In this document: positions 16,049 to 26,471 of the stretch, in pieces | Numbering within the stretch: the stretch's first letter is position 1 | Layout: each line of letters opens with the position of its first letter | Assembly (NCBI GenBank): GCA_049840735.1 | Contig: JASGJN010000020.1 | Location: 384,001-448,000, forward strand | Reading direction: 5' to 3' | Source: Anaeromyxobacter sp. | GTDB taxonomy: Bacteria > Myxococcota > Myxococcia > Myxococcales > Anaeromyxobacteraceae | Length of the DNA stretch: 64,000 nucleotides | Notes under the pieces: model-generated | Told to the model about the DNA's origin: nothing | Seen by the model: only the letters and a program-made list of their open reading frames with translations | Database searches by the model: none | Made by a program: the position numbers and the translations under genes

Positions 16049-16897
16049 TCACCGCCCCGGCGGCCGGACCGCCAGGAACCGACCGACCGCGTCCCGCTCG
16101 ACGATCAGCTCGCGGCCGTCCAGCTCCACCCGCTCGACGATGCCGCCGTCGTCGGTCCGCTCGGCGTCCCGCACCGGGAGGTCGGCCAGGTCGCCCACGA
16201 CCTCCGAACCGACCACCTGCCCGGAGGCGTCCAGCGTGCGCCGCACGAGGCGGCCCTCGTGATCGACGATCCGGTCCTGGCGGAGCGCCGCCGGCACCGC
16301 CGCGCCGGCGGCGGCGTTCGCTCCCATGGCCCGGGCCGAGACCAGCCGGCCGGTCCGGTCGCGACGGATCTCGATGAGGCTCCAGGCGTCGGCCAGGACC
16401 TGGACGGTGGAGCCATCCGCGGCGGCCAGGACGGCGGACTCCGGGGTCGGAGGGGTGGCTTGGGCCGGGGCCGGGGACTCAGGCGGAGCCAGGGCTGGGG
16501 ACGACGGAGCCGCAACCGGAGCCGGAGCCGCGACCTGACCCGGAGCCGCAGCCGGAGCCGGAGCCGGAGCCGGAGGCGGAGGCGGAGGCGCGACCTGCCC
16601 CGGATCCGAATCCGGACCCGGAGCCGCGACCGCGGCCCCCGCCACCATCGCCGCCCCGGTCTCCGCCAGGGCCAGTTCAGCCACCGGGAAGTCGACCGGC
16701 TGGATCATGCTCGACGCGGTCAGGGCGGTGCGAACGCGGCGGGAGGCCTGCGGGCGCCGGGGCAGGAGCCCCTGCTTCGCCCGCAGGGCGTTGGTCTCGG
16801 AGAGCGTGGGCGCGGGCGCGGGATCGGGGGCGGCGGACGCGCCTCCGGCGGGCGCGCCCAGTGCGAGGGCCAGCAGGACAGCCAGTGGAGAGGACAC
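16049..16897 (-). CDS. Secreted Pro/Ala-rich hypothetical protein
   Basis: RBS CAGGAG, GTG start, signal-peptide-like N-terminus, (PA)n linker, C-terminal repeated beta-hairpin-like segments. Confidence 0.6.
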   Translation of the reverse strand: MSSPLAVLLALALGAPAGGASAAPDPAPAPTLSETNALRAKQGLLPRRPQASRRVRTALTASSMIQPVDFPVAELALAETGAAMVAGAAVAAPGPDSDPGQVAPPPPPPAPAPAPAAAPGQVAAPAPVAAPSSPALAPPESPAPAQATPPTPESAVLAAADGSTVQVLADAWSLIEIRRDRTGRLVSARAMGANAAAGAAVPAALRQDRIVDHEGRLVRRTLDASGQVVGSEVVGDLADLPVRDAERTDDGGIVERVELDGRELIVERDAVGRFLAVRPPGR

Positions 16898-17526
16898 GGT
16901 CTTGCTCCTGGCGCGGGGAGGGGGACGCGCCTGGTGGAATCGACGGTGGCGCCGCCGCCTCGCCCCGGCGACGCCCCGCTGCGCGAACGCCCCGCCCGGC
17001 GCGGCCACCGGCTGCGAGGAGGTGGGAGCCGCTCCTCCCGCCTCTCCCCGCCGTGGCTCGTGGCGCTTGCCTGCGCACGGGCCGACCCGCCCCGCCGGGG
17101 ACCGGGCGGCTGGTGCTGGTCCCTTCGTCGCACTGCCCGCGGCGCCAGAAGGGTCTCCGTCATCACCTCAAGCACCGGAGCGAGCATGGACCAGCCTTGG
17201 CGCCTCCGGCCAGCGCCGCGCGCAGTCTGCGGCGCTCGACGACACCGACAGCGTCTCGGGCGGCGAGAGGAGGAACACCCGCAGCCGTTCGCGGGCGGCC
17301 AGCTGGGGCGAGAAATGGCTTCTCGCGGACGCACCGCGGAGGTCATCCGATCCAGCGCCAGGGGCAAGGAGCGCCTCCTCGCGCGGCAAGAAGACGCAGC
17401 AATGCACGGACGCTTCGTGCGGCGCGCCAGGCGGCGCGGGCCGCGATCGGGGAACACGCGGAGTTCACTCCGCATCTCGCCCGACCGGCGCCCACGCCTG
17501 GCTACCAGCCCTTCACGCTGCGGCAC

Positions 17527-17800
17527 ACCGATCCCCTTGAAGCTGCTGCATTGGGAGGAGCGTTCGGTGGCCTCGGCTCCCTCGCAGGAGACGGGGCGGA
17601 GGCTCTGGGGCAGGCTCTTACTACCCCGCGTCACTGCCCGTTGGGCAAGCTAGACATTATCAAGCACATCCAGGAGCTGAATGGCATTCAGCCCAGCGAG
17701 CTCACCCCAGCTGCCGCTGCCGCCGGGCAGGCTGTTGGGAAGGTCGTAGGCAACGGAAGTAGCTTTGTGCCGGCAAGTCCAGAAAAGGATCAGAATAGGG
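17527..17800 (+). pseudogene. Orphan polymorphic-toxin (Rhs-like) C-terminal fragment 1, Gly/Ala-rich
   Basis: Startless frame TDPLEAAALGGAFGGLGSLAGDG...AAAAAGQAVGKVVGNGSSF with lower GC, directly upstream of a small membrane ORF. Confidence 0.5.
17540..17600 (+). repeat. 61-bp direct repeat, copy 1
   Basis: 52/61 identical by hand alignment to 18483-18543. Confidence 0.9.
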
Positions 17801-17806
17801 GCCGCG

Positions 17807-18028
17807 ATGACTTGGCGAGAACCCTTGATTGCCTTGAAGCTGTTTGGAGCGTGGTTGGCGGCGGGCGCTCTTATGGCTGGGGGCGTATGGGTTGTGTCGC
17901 TGCTGCATCCAATGGGACATGAGAGGATGCTGCTTGGGATGGCGCTTTCTCTACTTGTTTTTGCTGTGTTTGGAGTCATCGTCTCGGCGCGGTACATGAT
18001 GAACGTGTCGAGGCAGAAGACCCGGTAG
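17807..18028 (+). CDS. Small two-TM protein, candidate immunity protein
   Basis: 73 aa, two hydrophobic helices, basic tail; AGGGG upstream of ATG. Confidence 0.65.
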   Translation: MTWREPLIALKLFGAWLAAGALMAGGVWVVSLLHPMGHERMLLGMALSLLVFAVFGVIVSARYMMNVSRQKTR

Positions 18029-18166
18029 ACCTTCGAGCTTTTTTGGCCGCCCCCTCCGACTACCACGTCACCACCATCACCCGGGGGGGGAGATGGGCCG
18101 TTAGCCCAGGGTCCCTTGGCTCAACCACGCCCGTCAGTTCCCTCCCCATAAAGCAGGACCAACACA

Positions 18167-18460
18167 ATGGACAATGAACAAGACTCGAAGCTCCGGCAGG
18201 CAGCCCTTGAAGCGCTCACGGTTGGCCTGTTGCGCATTCGCGCCATGGCCAGCGCCGGAGACAGTACGGCCTGCGGCATAGAGGCATACCACTTGCATAA
18301 CTTGCCGCACCTCGCCGAACGCCCAAACTATGATGAACTGGAGTATTACTTGACCATTGAGCGCGTCGGATTCCTGAAGCACCGGCCGCGCGACGTGGCG
18401 CAATTCGACAACGCCTGGAAGACAATGCAGGCGCTACTCGACGGAGGGCGATGGAGCTGA
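18167..18460 (+). CDS. Small helical hypothetical protein, candidate immunity protein
   Basis: RBS CAGGA, 97 aa, protein-like composition (AYHLHNLPH), atypical codon usage. Confidence 0.7.
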   Translation: MDNEQDSKLRQAALEALTVGLLRIRAMASAGDSTACGIEAYHLHNLPHLAERPNYDELEYYLTIERVGFLKHRPRDVAQFDNAWKTMQALLDGGRWS

Positions 18461-18482
18461 GTGCTCGCCAGTCACCCCCTCC

Positions 18483-18543
18483 AAGCTGCTGCATTCGGAG
18501 GCTAGTTCGGTGACCTCCGCCCCGTCGCAGGAGACGGGTCGGA
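18483..18543 (+). repeat. 61-bp direct repeat, copy 2 (degenerate)
   Basis: Matches 17540-17600; carries a TAG in the AAAxGG reading frame. Confidence 0.9.
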
Positions 18544-18881
18544 CCTCTGTGACCCCTGAGAGATCTTCCCTGGAGCGCTTTGCAGCCTGGCAGAAGGAGG
18601 ATGGAAATCGGCCCTTCGTCTATAGGTTCGACACGACGCCGGAGGAGGAGGCCCTAATCGCATCGAGGTTTGGTTACAGCCCCGACCCTCGCTTGATCAG
18701 GCAAAGGATCCGGGTGCGGGCAATTTGTTCCAGTTCGGTGTCGTCAGCCATTTCCGGCGTAGGTCCGTTCGCCAAGGCGACTCACAGCATCCTTCCCGGA
18801 TACCTCGAAGCCGAATTGAACGAAGCCCAAAAGGACGCCTCAGCGGCGAGGACGACCAAGCCAGCCGAAGGAGGACAGTAG
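18510..18881 (+). pseudogene. Orphan toxin C-terminal fragment 2, possibly a papain-like fold remnant
   Basis: YRFDTTPEEEALI...ICSSSVSSAISGVGPF...ILPGYL; fused to the repeat without a credible start; upstream of a membrane ORF. Confidence 0.5.
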
Positions 18882-19232
18882 GGCACTCAAGGAGGTGGGG
18901 CATGGAAGTGGTTCGGGTTGGTCGCAGCGGGTTGCGGTGGGCATTCCTTGCGTCGTGCGGCGGCTTAGCCGTGTCCGTCCTTCTCGCGGTGGTCACCAGC
19001 CTGGACAACCGGCTGGTAGCTGCCTATCGCGCCGGGCGTGCATTGCCGTACCGCATGACGTTCTTCCTTCTCGTCTTCTGCTTTGGGCTCGCCCTCTGGA
19101 GTGGGTTGCTATGGCGCGTTCCGCGCAACGTGTTTCGAGCAGCGCTGACGGGGGCGCTTTTGGGTTACCTGAGCGGATTCCTTGCTTGGTGGATCGCGCA
19201 GTGCCTCTTCATTTCAGTGGGCGGCGCGTGGG

Positions 19233-20924
19233 CAGACCTGATTCCCGCTGACCCGTCGTCTCGCGATTCTCGCGCCTGGGGCGCTTGAGAGTCCAACTCG
19301 CGCCGAGACGAGGGTGATTTTCGTGGCGCGGGGCCGACTCCGCCCGCCGTCGCCTCGGATTCCTGATCGGCAAGATCGACGCCGCGATCCACCTCGGCGA
19401 TCATCCCGCCCGCGCAAAAGGAGAAGGGGTGGAGGCTATGCGGGCCCCCACCCCCAAAGACGGCCGAACTCGCGCAAAACGAGAAGAGGCCGAGAGGCAG
19501 GAGATCATGCCGATCACCGAAACACAAGCCCGACGTGCCCTGCGGCACGCCGACATCCCGTGGGACCACGGAGTCGAGGACCCTCGCGAGGAGGCCTGGG
19601 TCGTCCACGACCACCTGGGCCTGCTGGGAGGCCTGGCCGCCGCGTTCTCCGTGGGCTGTCGGACGCTGCGGCGCGCCGAGGACTTCTTTGCCGACCTCGG
19701 CCTGGGCGCTCGCCGCGCGCTGGGACTCCCGGTCGCGGGGAAGCCGTGCGACACCACCCTCTACCGCCTGCTCGCCCAGCAGGACCCAGCCGGCCTGGAG
19801 GAGACCGTCTTCGCGCAGGCGAAGGATCTCGTCGCCCGCAAGGTGGCCAGGAACGATCGTTTCCCGGTCGGCGTGATGAGCTTCGACGGCAAGGGGACCT
19901 GGTCCCGGATCGACGGCGAGGAGCTGCCCGGCGCCCTGCAGTCGGCCTACGACGCCGCGGGATCCTCGCTGCAGACCTTCGGCGCCCTCCGCGCCGCGCT
20001 GACCTCCTCCTCCGCCTGCCTCTGCGTCGGACAGCGGATCATCGGCTCCAAGGAGGGCGAGTCCCCCGCCTTCCGGGAACTGCTCCCCAAGATCGACGAG
20101 GCGCTGGGCGGGCAGTTCCGCATCGTCACCGGCGACGCAGGCCTCTGCGCCCGCGAGAACGCGGAGCTCGTGAGCTCGCTCGGCTGCTGGTACCTGTTCG
20201 GCCTCAAGGGCAACCAGCCGTACCTGCACGCCTTCGCCCGCGAGCACGGCGAGTACACGATTGGTGACCCGGTCGCCCGGACCACCGAGCGGTACAGAGG
20301 TAACGTCGTGGTGCGGGAGCTCTACGTCCGCGACGTCGCCGGCAGCCCCTCCGTCGTCATGGAGGGCGCCCAGCAGCTTTGGTACGTCTGCCAGACCACG
20401 ACCGACCGGCGCGGCGAGATCGTGGCGGTCGAGCAGCGGTACTTCGTCACCTCGATCCCCACCGGGACCCTGACCCGGGACCAGGAGCTGGCGCTCGTCC
20501 GTCTGCACTGGGGATTGAGAACCGCTGCCACTGGACCCTGGACGTGGTGCTGGGCGAGGACGATGGCCACCCCTGCCAGGCGAACCGGGCCGCCATCGAG
20601 ACCGTCAGCTGGCTGCGGATCATCGGCTACAACGCGCTGAGCGCCTGGCGGGCCCTGGCGCCTCGCAAGGACGGCGGCCCCATCGCCTGGGCCCGTGCCG
20701 CGGAGACCCTCCGCGACGCGCTGCTCGCCGCCCGCGTCGCCGATCAGCACGGGCCCGCTGTCGTCACCTGAACCACCGGCCCGCAGGCCGCCCCTTCTTC
20801 ATTGCGCGCTGACAACCTGACCCGTCCCGCGGCCGACGCCGCTGGGCGACCTGCGTCCCGCCGCTGAGAGTGCGGCGCCGAGATACCGGCGAAGCTCATC
20901 CCGCGTCAGCGCGGATCGGGTCTG
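19233..20924 (+). mobile_element. ISAs1-family insertion sequence, 1692 bp
   Basis: IRL CAGACCTGATTCCCGCTGAC vs IRR (reverse complement) CAGACCCGATCCGCGCTGAC, 17/20; direct repeat GCGGCGCGTGGG at 19221-19232 and 20925-20936. Confidence 0.93.
19438..20771 (+). CDS. ISAs1-family DDE transposase, apparent frameshift near 20513; start uncertain (19429-19507)
   Basis: SFDGK, TGDAGLC, GLKGNQP, RYFVTS and HW-GIENRCHWTLDVVLGED signature. Confidence 0.9.
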
Positions 20925-21058
20925 GCGGCGCGTGGGTGGCCTTACGGGATTTTCCGTCCGGGTTGGGAGCTCCTCTGCTTGTCCCGCTCATCTCTCTGTC
21001 GTGGCTATTCGGGTCCATTGCCTTCTCAACAACGCACTTGATCTTCCGCACCGGAGCG

Positions 21059-21076
21059 CAGACCTGATTCCCGCTG
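21059..21076 (+). mobile_element. Solo copy of the IS left end
   Basis: CAGACCTGATTCCCGCTG, identical to 19233-19250. Confidence 0.75.
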
Positions 21077-21204
21077 CCCCCTCGCGCCACCGCACTCCTG
21101 CCTACGGCGCTTGGGAGCGCCGTGGTCAGGACCGATGCCCGCGGCGAGGTCAGCAAGCAGCCCAGACCAATCAACGCGAAGGACAAACAGCAGTGAGGAC
21201 TGCC

Positions 21205-21492
21205 ATGAAGGCAATCGCTTTGTGCCTCACCCTGGCAGCGCAGGTCCTGCTGGCTGTGCTGCTCCACTGGATGCGCAGCCGCGGCGTGGGCAGCCTACTC
21301 AGGTGGGATGCTGTGGCGTTCGGCGCCCCGTTGCTGGGGGCAAGCGCAGCGTATTTCCTGTTGTTCGGCGGAGTGGCGCGAGGCGGGGTGTTCTCCTGGC
21401 GCGCCGCTGGACTCGGTGTGGTGGCGGTCGTGCTCGGCATGGTCGTGCAGGGCATTGGGATGACGGTCGCAGCCAATCTGTACGGAACGTGA
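21205..21492 (+). CDS. Small three-TM membrane protein, candidate immunity protein
   Basis: RBS GAGGA overlapping the stop of an upstream startless fragment (...PTALGSAV...AKDKQQ*); 95 aa, hydrophobic. Confidence 0.7.
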   Translation: MKAIALCLTLAAQVLLAVLLHWMRSRGVGSLLRWDAVAFGAPLLGASAAYFLLFGGVARGGVFSWRAAGLGVVAVVLGMVVQGIGMTVAANLYGT

Positions 21493-21800
21493 GAGGGCCC
21501 TCGTCGCAGGAGTCATGCTCAGCGACGGCGCCCTGGAGCCCCACCGGGAGAGTCCAGAGCCCCGGCCCAGAGTGCGCTGCGCGGCGCGTGTGGTCCAGGC
21601 TCGGCCAGCTGGTTCGCTGACCTGCGGTGCAGCATCGCTTGCGCGTTAGCGCTGGGACGGCTCCCGGCAGCCTCCCCCGTGGCCATCGAACCTGGCGCCG
21701 ACCCGCCCCGCCGGGGACCAGCCTGCCGGCGCCAGGTCCCTTCAGCGCGCCCGCCGAAGGTGCGTTAGAAAGGGCGGGCCTTCACACCTTGGAGCGGACC

Positions 21801-22991
21801 ATGAAGCCTGCCTTCACCGCGCACCTGAGGACGCAGCTCACGCAGCTCGAGGCGGAGGGGCTCTTCAAGCGGGAGCGGGTCCTTACCAGCAAGCAAGGCG
21901 CCTGGGTCGAGGCTGACGGCCGGCGGGTGGTGAACCTCTGCGCCAACAACTACCTGGGGCTGGCGGGCCGGCCGGAGCTGGTGGAGGCCGGCCAGGCGGC
22001 CCTGGAGGCGCACGGCTTCGGCCTCTCCTCGGTCCGCTTCATCTGCGGCACCCAGGACGTGCACAAGGCGCTGGAGGCGCGGCTGGCCGCCTTCCTGGGC
22101 TTCGATGACGCCATCCTCTTCTCCTCCTGCTTCGACGCCAACGGCGGCGTCTTCGAGGCGCTGCTGGGCGAGGAGGACGCGGTCATCTCCGACGCGCTCA
22201 ACCACGCCTCCATCATCGACGGCATCCGGCTCTGCAAGGCGCGCCGCTACCGGTACGCGAACGGCGACATGGCCGAGTTGGCGGCCCGGCTGGCGGAGGC
22301 CGACGCGGGCGGCGCCCGCTTCAAGCTGGTGGTCACCGACGGCGTCTTCTCCATGGACGGCTACCTGGCCAACCTGCCGGCCATCTGCGACCTGGCCGAG
22401 CGCCACGGCGCCCTGGTGATGGTGGACGACAGCCACGCCGTGGGGTTCATCGGGGAGAAGGGGCGCGGCACCCACGAGCACCACCGCGTGATGGGCCGGG
22501 TGGATCTCGTCACCGGCACGCTGGGCAAGGCGCTGGGCGGCGCGGCCGGCGGCTACGTGGCCGGGTCGCGCGAGGTGGTGGCCTGGCTCCGGCAGAAGGC
22601 CCGCCCCTACCTCTTCTCCAACACGCTGGCCCCGGTCATCGCCGGCGTGAGCCTGGCGGTGCTGGACCTGCTGGAGAGGAGCGACGACCTGCGCCGCCGG
22701 CTGCGCGAGAACGCGGCCTTCTTCCGGGGCGAGCTCTCGCGGCTGGGGTTCCGCCTGCAGCCCGGCGAGCACCCCATCGTCCCGGTGATGCTGGGCGAGG
22801 CCACGCTGGCCCAGGACTTCGCGCGGCGGCTGCTGGACGAGGGCGTCTACGTGATCGGCTTCTTCTTCCCGGTGGTGCCGCGCGGCCAGGCGCGGATCCG
22901 CACGCAGCTGAGCGCCGCGCACACGCGCGAGGACCTTGTCCACGCCGTGGCCGCCTTCGAGAAGGTGGGCCGGGCGCTGAAGGTCATCTAG
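21801..22991 (+). CDS. kbl: Glycine C-acetyltransferase (2-amino-3-ketobutyrate CoA ligase)
   Basis: [58 protein letters not shown]. Confidence 0.97.
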   Translation: MKPAFTAHLRTQLTQLEAEGLFKRERVLTSKQGAWVEADGRRVVNLCANNYLGLAGRPELVEAGQAALEAHGFGLSSVRFICGTQDVHKALEARLAAFLGFDDAILFSSCFDANGGVFEALLGEEDAVISDALNHASIIDGIRLCKARRYRYANGDMAELAARLAEADAGGARFKLVVTDGVFSMDGYLANLPAICDLAERHGALVMVDDSHAVGFIGEKGRGTHEHHRVMGRVDLVTGTLGKALGGAAGGYVAGSREVVAWLRQKARPYLFSNTLAPVIAGVSLAVLDLLERSDDLRRRLRENAAFFRGELSRLGFRLQPGEHPIVPVMLGEATLAQDFARRLLDEGVYVIGFFFPVVPRGQARIRTQLSAAHTREDLVHAVAAFEKVGRALKVI

Positions 22992-23018
22992 GGCTGGAAC
23001 CTCCACCAGGAGCGACAC

Positions 23019-24053
23019 ATGAAGGCCCTCGTCAAGGCGGAGCGGACCCCCGGCATCTGGCTGCAGCAGGACGTGCCCACCCCGGAGCTGGGCGTGCACG
23101 ACGTGATGATCCGCATCGGCAAGACGGCCATCTGCGGCACCGACGTCCACATCTACAACTGGGACGAGTGGAGCCAGCGCACCGTGCCGGTGCCGATGGT
23201 GGTCGGCCACGAGTACGTCGGGCGGGTGGAGCGGGTGGGCCCGGAGGTGGAGGCCTTCAAGCCGGGAGATCGCGTCAGCGGCGAGGGGCACATCACCTGC
23301 GGCTTCTGCCGCAACTGCCGCGCCGGCCGGCGCCACCTGTGCCGGCACACGATCGGCGTGGGCGTGAACCGACCCGGCGCGTTCGCAGAGTTCCTGGTCA
23401 TCCCGGCCGACAACGTCTACCGCATCCCCGACGACATCCCGGACGACGTGGCCGCCATCTTCGACCCCTACGGCAACGCCACCCACACCGCCCTCTCCTT
23501 CGACCTGGTGGGCGAGGACGTCCTCATCACCGGCGCCGGCCCCATCGGCGTGATGGCCGCCGCCATCGCCCGCCACGTGGGGGCGCGCCACGTGGTGGTG
23601 ACCGACGTCAACGACTACCGGCTGGACCTGGCGCGCCGCATGGGCGCTTCACGCGCCGTCAACGTGGCGCGGGAGGACCTGAAGGCGGTCATGACCGAGC
23701 TGGGCATGCGCGAGGGGTTCGACGTCGGCCTGGAGATGAGCGGCAACGGGCGCGCCTTCCGGCAGCTGCTGGAGGTGATGAACCACGGCGGCAAGGTGGC
23801 GCTGCTGGGCATCATGCCCGGGCAGGAGGCCATCGACTGGAGCCAGGTGGTGTTCAAGGGGCTCTTCCTCAAGGGCATCTACGGCCGGGAGATGTACGAG
23901 ACCTGGTACAAGATGGTGGCCATGCTGCAGGGCGGGCTCGACCTGACCCCGGTCATCACCCACCGCTTCCCCATCGCCGAGTTCCAGCGCGGCTTCGACG
24001 TCATGCGCAGCGGCCAGTCCGGCAAGGTGGTGCTGGACTGGTCCGCGGCGTAG
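23019..24053 (+). CDS. tdh: L-threonine 3-dehydrogenase
   Basis: [44 protein letters not shown]; operon with kbl. Confidence 0.97.
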   Translation: MKALVKAERTPGIWLQQDVPTPELGVHDVMIRIGKTAICGTDVHIYNWDEWSQRTVPVPMVVGHEYVGRVERVGPEVEAFKPGDRVSGEGHITCGFCRNCRAGRRHLCRHTIGVGVNRPGAFAEFLVIPADNVYRIPDDIPDDVAAIFDPYGNATHTALSFDLVGEDVLITGAGPIGVMAAAIARHVGARHVVVTDVNDYRLDLARRMGASRAVNVAREDLKAVMTELGMREGFDVGLEMSGNGRAFRQLLEVMNHGGKVALLGIMPGQEAIDWSQVVFKGLFLKGIYGREMYETWYKMVAMLQGGLDLTPVITHRFPIAEFQRGFDVMRSGQSGKVVLDWSAA

Positions 24054-24109
24054 CGGCGGACGACTGGGCAGCGACGAGCCGTGCTAGCCTCCTCGGAGGA
24101 GGGGAGAGC

Positions 24110-24769
24110 ATGCTCGAGCTCGGCGAGGCGAAACGGAACGTCTCCGACCAGGAGGCGCGCGCCGCAGTGACACGGGCCGAGTGGGCCACGGCCGTGCACT
24201 CGGCCCGGACCGTGGCCCTGGCCGGTGTCGCCGCGCTGCTGTTCGGCCTCGGCCTGCGGTGGCTCATCGCCCACGGACTCGACCCGGCGGGCCTCCCAGG
24301 GGCGACCGGACGCCTCAGCGTCCTCTCAGCCGCGGCGACCGTCGTTGGGCTGATCGCAGCGGGGGGCGGCGCGGCGCGCTGGTTCCAGCTGATCAGGGCG
24401 GGGGTGGAGGGCGACCAGCGGCAGCTCTGGTTCGCCCTGGCGCCGGGACGTCCGGCCGAGCTGTGCATCGCCTATCGACGCGGCGTCGCTGCCGGTGAGT
24501 GGCGGGACGTCCGGATCTTGGAGCGCGGGCTGGAGCTGCTGTCGGTGCCGGTGCTGGGCGGCTGCGAGCCGGGCGAGGACGTGCGGCGCGAGGTCTTCTC
24601 CATCACGACCCAGCCCTCCTCCACTACGGCGGACTGGTCCTTCGAGCTGCCGGATGGGCGCCTGCTGCGCCTCCAGGTGGTACCGGACTTCTGGCGCCAG
24701 CGCCGCGTGCAGGTCTCGCTGGCCGGCGTGGTCCTGCGGCCCAGCGTTGGTCCCCTTCTCGCGGCCTGA
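24110..24769 (+). CDS. Hypothetical two-TM membrane protein
   Basis: Strong RBS GGAGGAGG, two hydrophobic segments, fills the gap between genes. Confidence 0.6.
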   Translation: MLELGEAKRNVSDQEARAAVTRAEWATAVHSARTVALAGVAALLFGLGLRWLIAHGLDPAGLPGATGRLSVLSAAATVVGLIAAGGGAARWFQLIRAGVEGDQRQLWFALAPGRPAELCIAYRRGVAAGEWRDVRILERGLELLSVPVLGGCEPGEDVRREVFSITTQPSSTTADWSFELPDGRLLRLQVVPDFWRQRRVQVSLAGVVLRPSVGPLLAA

Positions 24770-24860
24770 GGTAAGGGATACCCCCGACACGCTCGGTGAT
24801 GGCCGGGACCCGCCGCCGCGCCCTTGCCCTGCCGCCTGGGGCGTGCTGAGGTGGAGGTCG

Positions 24861-25970
24861 ATGCTCCGGTGGCTCTCCACCCTGCTGCGCCCAGCCGGCC
24901 ACCGCCGGCCGCCGCACACCGTGGCGGTCCCTCGCCTCGCCTCCCCGCCCGGCCGGCGGGCCGCGGCCGAGCCGGCCCCTGCCCCGGTGGCCGAGGCGCC
25001 GCTGCCGCCCGACGCTCCGCCGTTCGCGGGGTTCGCCCGGGCGCTGGGCGTGGAGGTGCCGCCCGCCCCGGACCCGGAGCACCCCGAGGAGCCGGATCCC
25101 GCCGACCTGGTCCTGGCCGAGCAGGTGCTGGCCCACTTCCACAGGAACCGCCCCGGCCCGGCCTCCGCCCCTTCGCTCTCGCTCAAGGCGCTCAACCTGG
25201 TGGCCACGCCCGGCGCCGACGTGGGCGAGATGGTGCGGCTGGTGTCGGCCGACCCGGCGCTCTCGGCCGGCATCCTGACCGTCGCGAACTCCGTCTTCTA
25301 CCGCGGCCTGGAGGAGATCGAGACCGTGCGGGCGGCGGTGGTCCGGCTCGGGCTGGAGGAGGCCGCGCGCGTGGTGGGCGCGCTCAGCGCCAAGAGCCTC
25401 TTCAACCCCCGCCTCAAGGCCGAGCTGGCCTCCTACGCGCCCCGCTTCTCGGCGCTCTACGCCCGGGCGCTCACCGTGGCCAGCGGCGCGGCCTGGGTGG
25501 CCATGCAGCGCCGCGGCGGGCGCGCCGACCGGGCCTTCCTGGGCGGCATGCTCTTCGACGTCGGGCAGACCATCGCGCTCCGCTCGGCGGCGGCCCTCTC
25601 GGCGGCCTCCGGACAGCCGCTCGACGCCGCGCAGCTTGACCGGGTGCTCGACCGCGTGCACCTGGAGGTCGGCGCCGAGTGCCACCAGGAGTGGCTGCTG
25701 CCGCAGTTCCTGACCGTCATCGCCGTGCGCCACCACGACCCGGAGATCCCGGGCGACCCCGAGTTCGCCGATTTGCACGCCGTCCGCCTGTGCGGGGCGC
25801 TGCTCGACCTGCGCCAGCCGGCCCGGGCGGCGCGCGCAGCGCAGGAGCTCCTGCAGAGCGCCGGGGCGCTGGGGCTCTCCCCCTTCGCCGTGCGCTCGGT
25901 GGACGCCGAGCTGCGCCAGGCGGCCCTCCGCACCGAGTCCGCCTTCGGGCTGGAGGGCGGCGCGCGGTAG
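24861..25970 (+). CDS. HDOD-domain protein
   Basis: DPALSAGILTVANSVFY, AAVVRLG, AFLGGMLFDVG, H..VGA....W.LP...AVRHHD. Confidence 0.88.
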   Translation: MLRWLSTLLRPAGHRRPPHTVAVPRLASPPGRRAAAEPAPAPVAEAPLPPDAPPFAGFARALGVEVPPAPDPEHPEEPDPADLVLAEQVLAHFHRNRPGPASAPSLSLKALNLVATPGADVGEMVRLVSADPALSAGILTVANSVFYRGLEEIETVRAAVVRLGLEEAARVVGALSAKSLFNPRLKAELASYAPRFSALYARALTVASGAAWVAMQRRGGRADRAFLGGMLFDVGQTIALRSAAALSAASGQPLDAAQLDRVLDRVHLEVGAECHQEWLLPQFLTVIAVRHHDPEIPGDPEFADLHAVRLCGALLDLRQPARAARAAQELLQSAGALGLSPFAVRSVDAELRQAALRTESAFGLEGGAR

Positions 25971-26054
25971 CAGCCCCTCGCGGAGCAACCAGGGGTTTCT
26001 CCCAGTTTCGCCGCGCGCCTGCTTCGCTTACCCATCGGGCTCCCAGGAGCCCGC

Positions 26055-26426
26055 ATGCCCGAGCTGAGCCACTTCGCCATCCACGCCGACGATCCCGCGC
26101 GCGCCCGCGCCTTCTACGAGCGCGTCTTCGGCTGGGCCTTCGAGGTCCGGGCCCCCGGAGTCTTCGCGCTGCGGGGCGGCGCCGGGGCGCCACGGATGGA
26201 GGCCTCCATCCAGGCGCGCCGCGAGCTGAACGGCCGGGCCGTGCACGGCTTCGAGTGCACGGTGGCCGTGGACGACCTGGACGCCGTCGAGACCGCGGCG
26301 GTCGCCGCGGGCGGGAAGCTCCTGGGCGCGCGGACCACCCTCCCCGGCGTGGGCGAGCTCCGGTTCATCGAGGACACCGAGGGGAACGTGGTGGGAGCCA
26401 TGCGCTACGCGCCCGGGGCGCGGTGA
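26055..26426 (+). CDS. VOC family (glyoxalase/bleomycin resistance) protein
   Basis: HFAIHADDPARARAFYERVFGW, VDDLD, DTEGNVVG. Confidence 0.9.
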   Translation: MPELSHFAIHADDPARARAFYERVFGWAFEVRAPGVFALRGGAGAPRMEASIQARRELNGRAVHGFECTVAVDDLDAVETAAVAAGGKLLGARTTLPGVGELRFIEDTEGNVVGAMRYAPGAR

Positions 26427-26471
26427 GCTCGGCGCCGCGGCTTGACAGGCTCGCCGCCAACGGAGCGCCCG

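Larger units (their letters stand above)
18902..21067 (+). pseudogene. Multi-TM membrane protein (candidate immunity protein) split by the IS element
   Basis: RBS AGGAGG; removing 19233-20936 restores one frame ...FISVGGAW-VALRDFPSGLGAPLLV...TGAQT*. Confidence 0.8.

Noticed and set aside
16519..16590. GGAGCC hexamer repeats here and at 59477-59512
   Set aside because: They simply encode Pro-Ala linkers
17010..17520. Possible ORFs left of the cassette array
   Set aside because: No frame gives a convincing protein or start; probably degraded sequence
17500..21800. Integron cassette array
   Set aside because: No paired RYYYAAC...GTTRRRY attC sites after the ORFs and no integrase; the GTTAG hits near 18100 and 21645 lack partners
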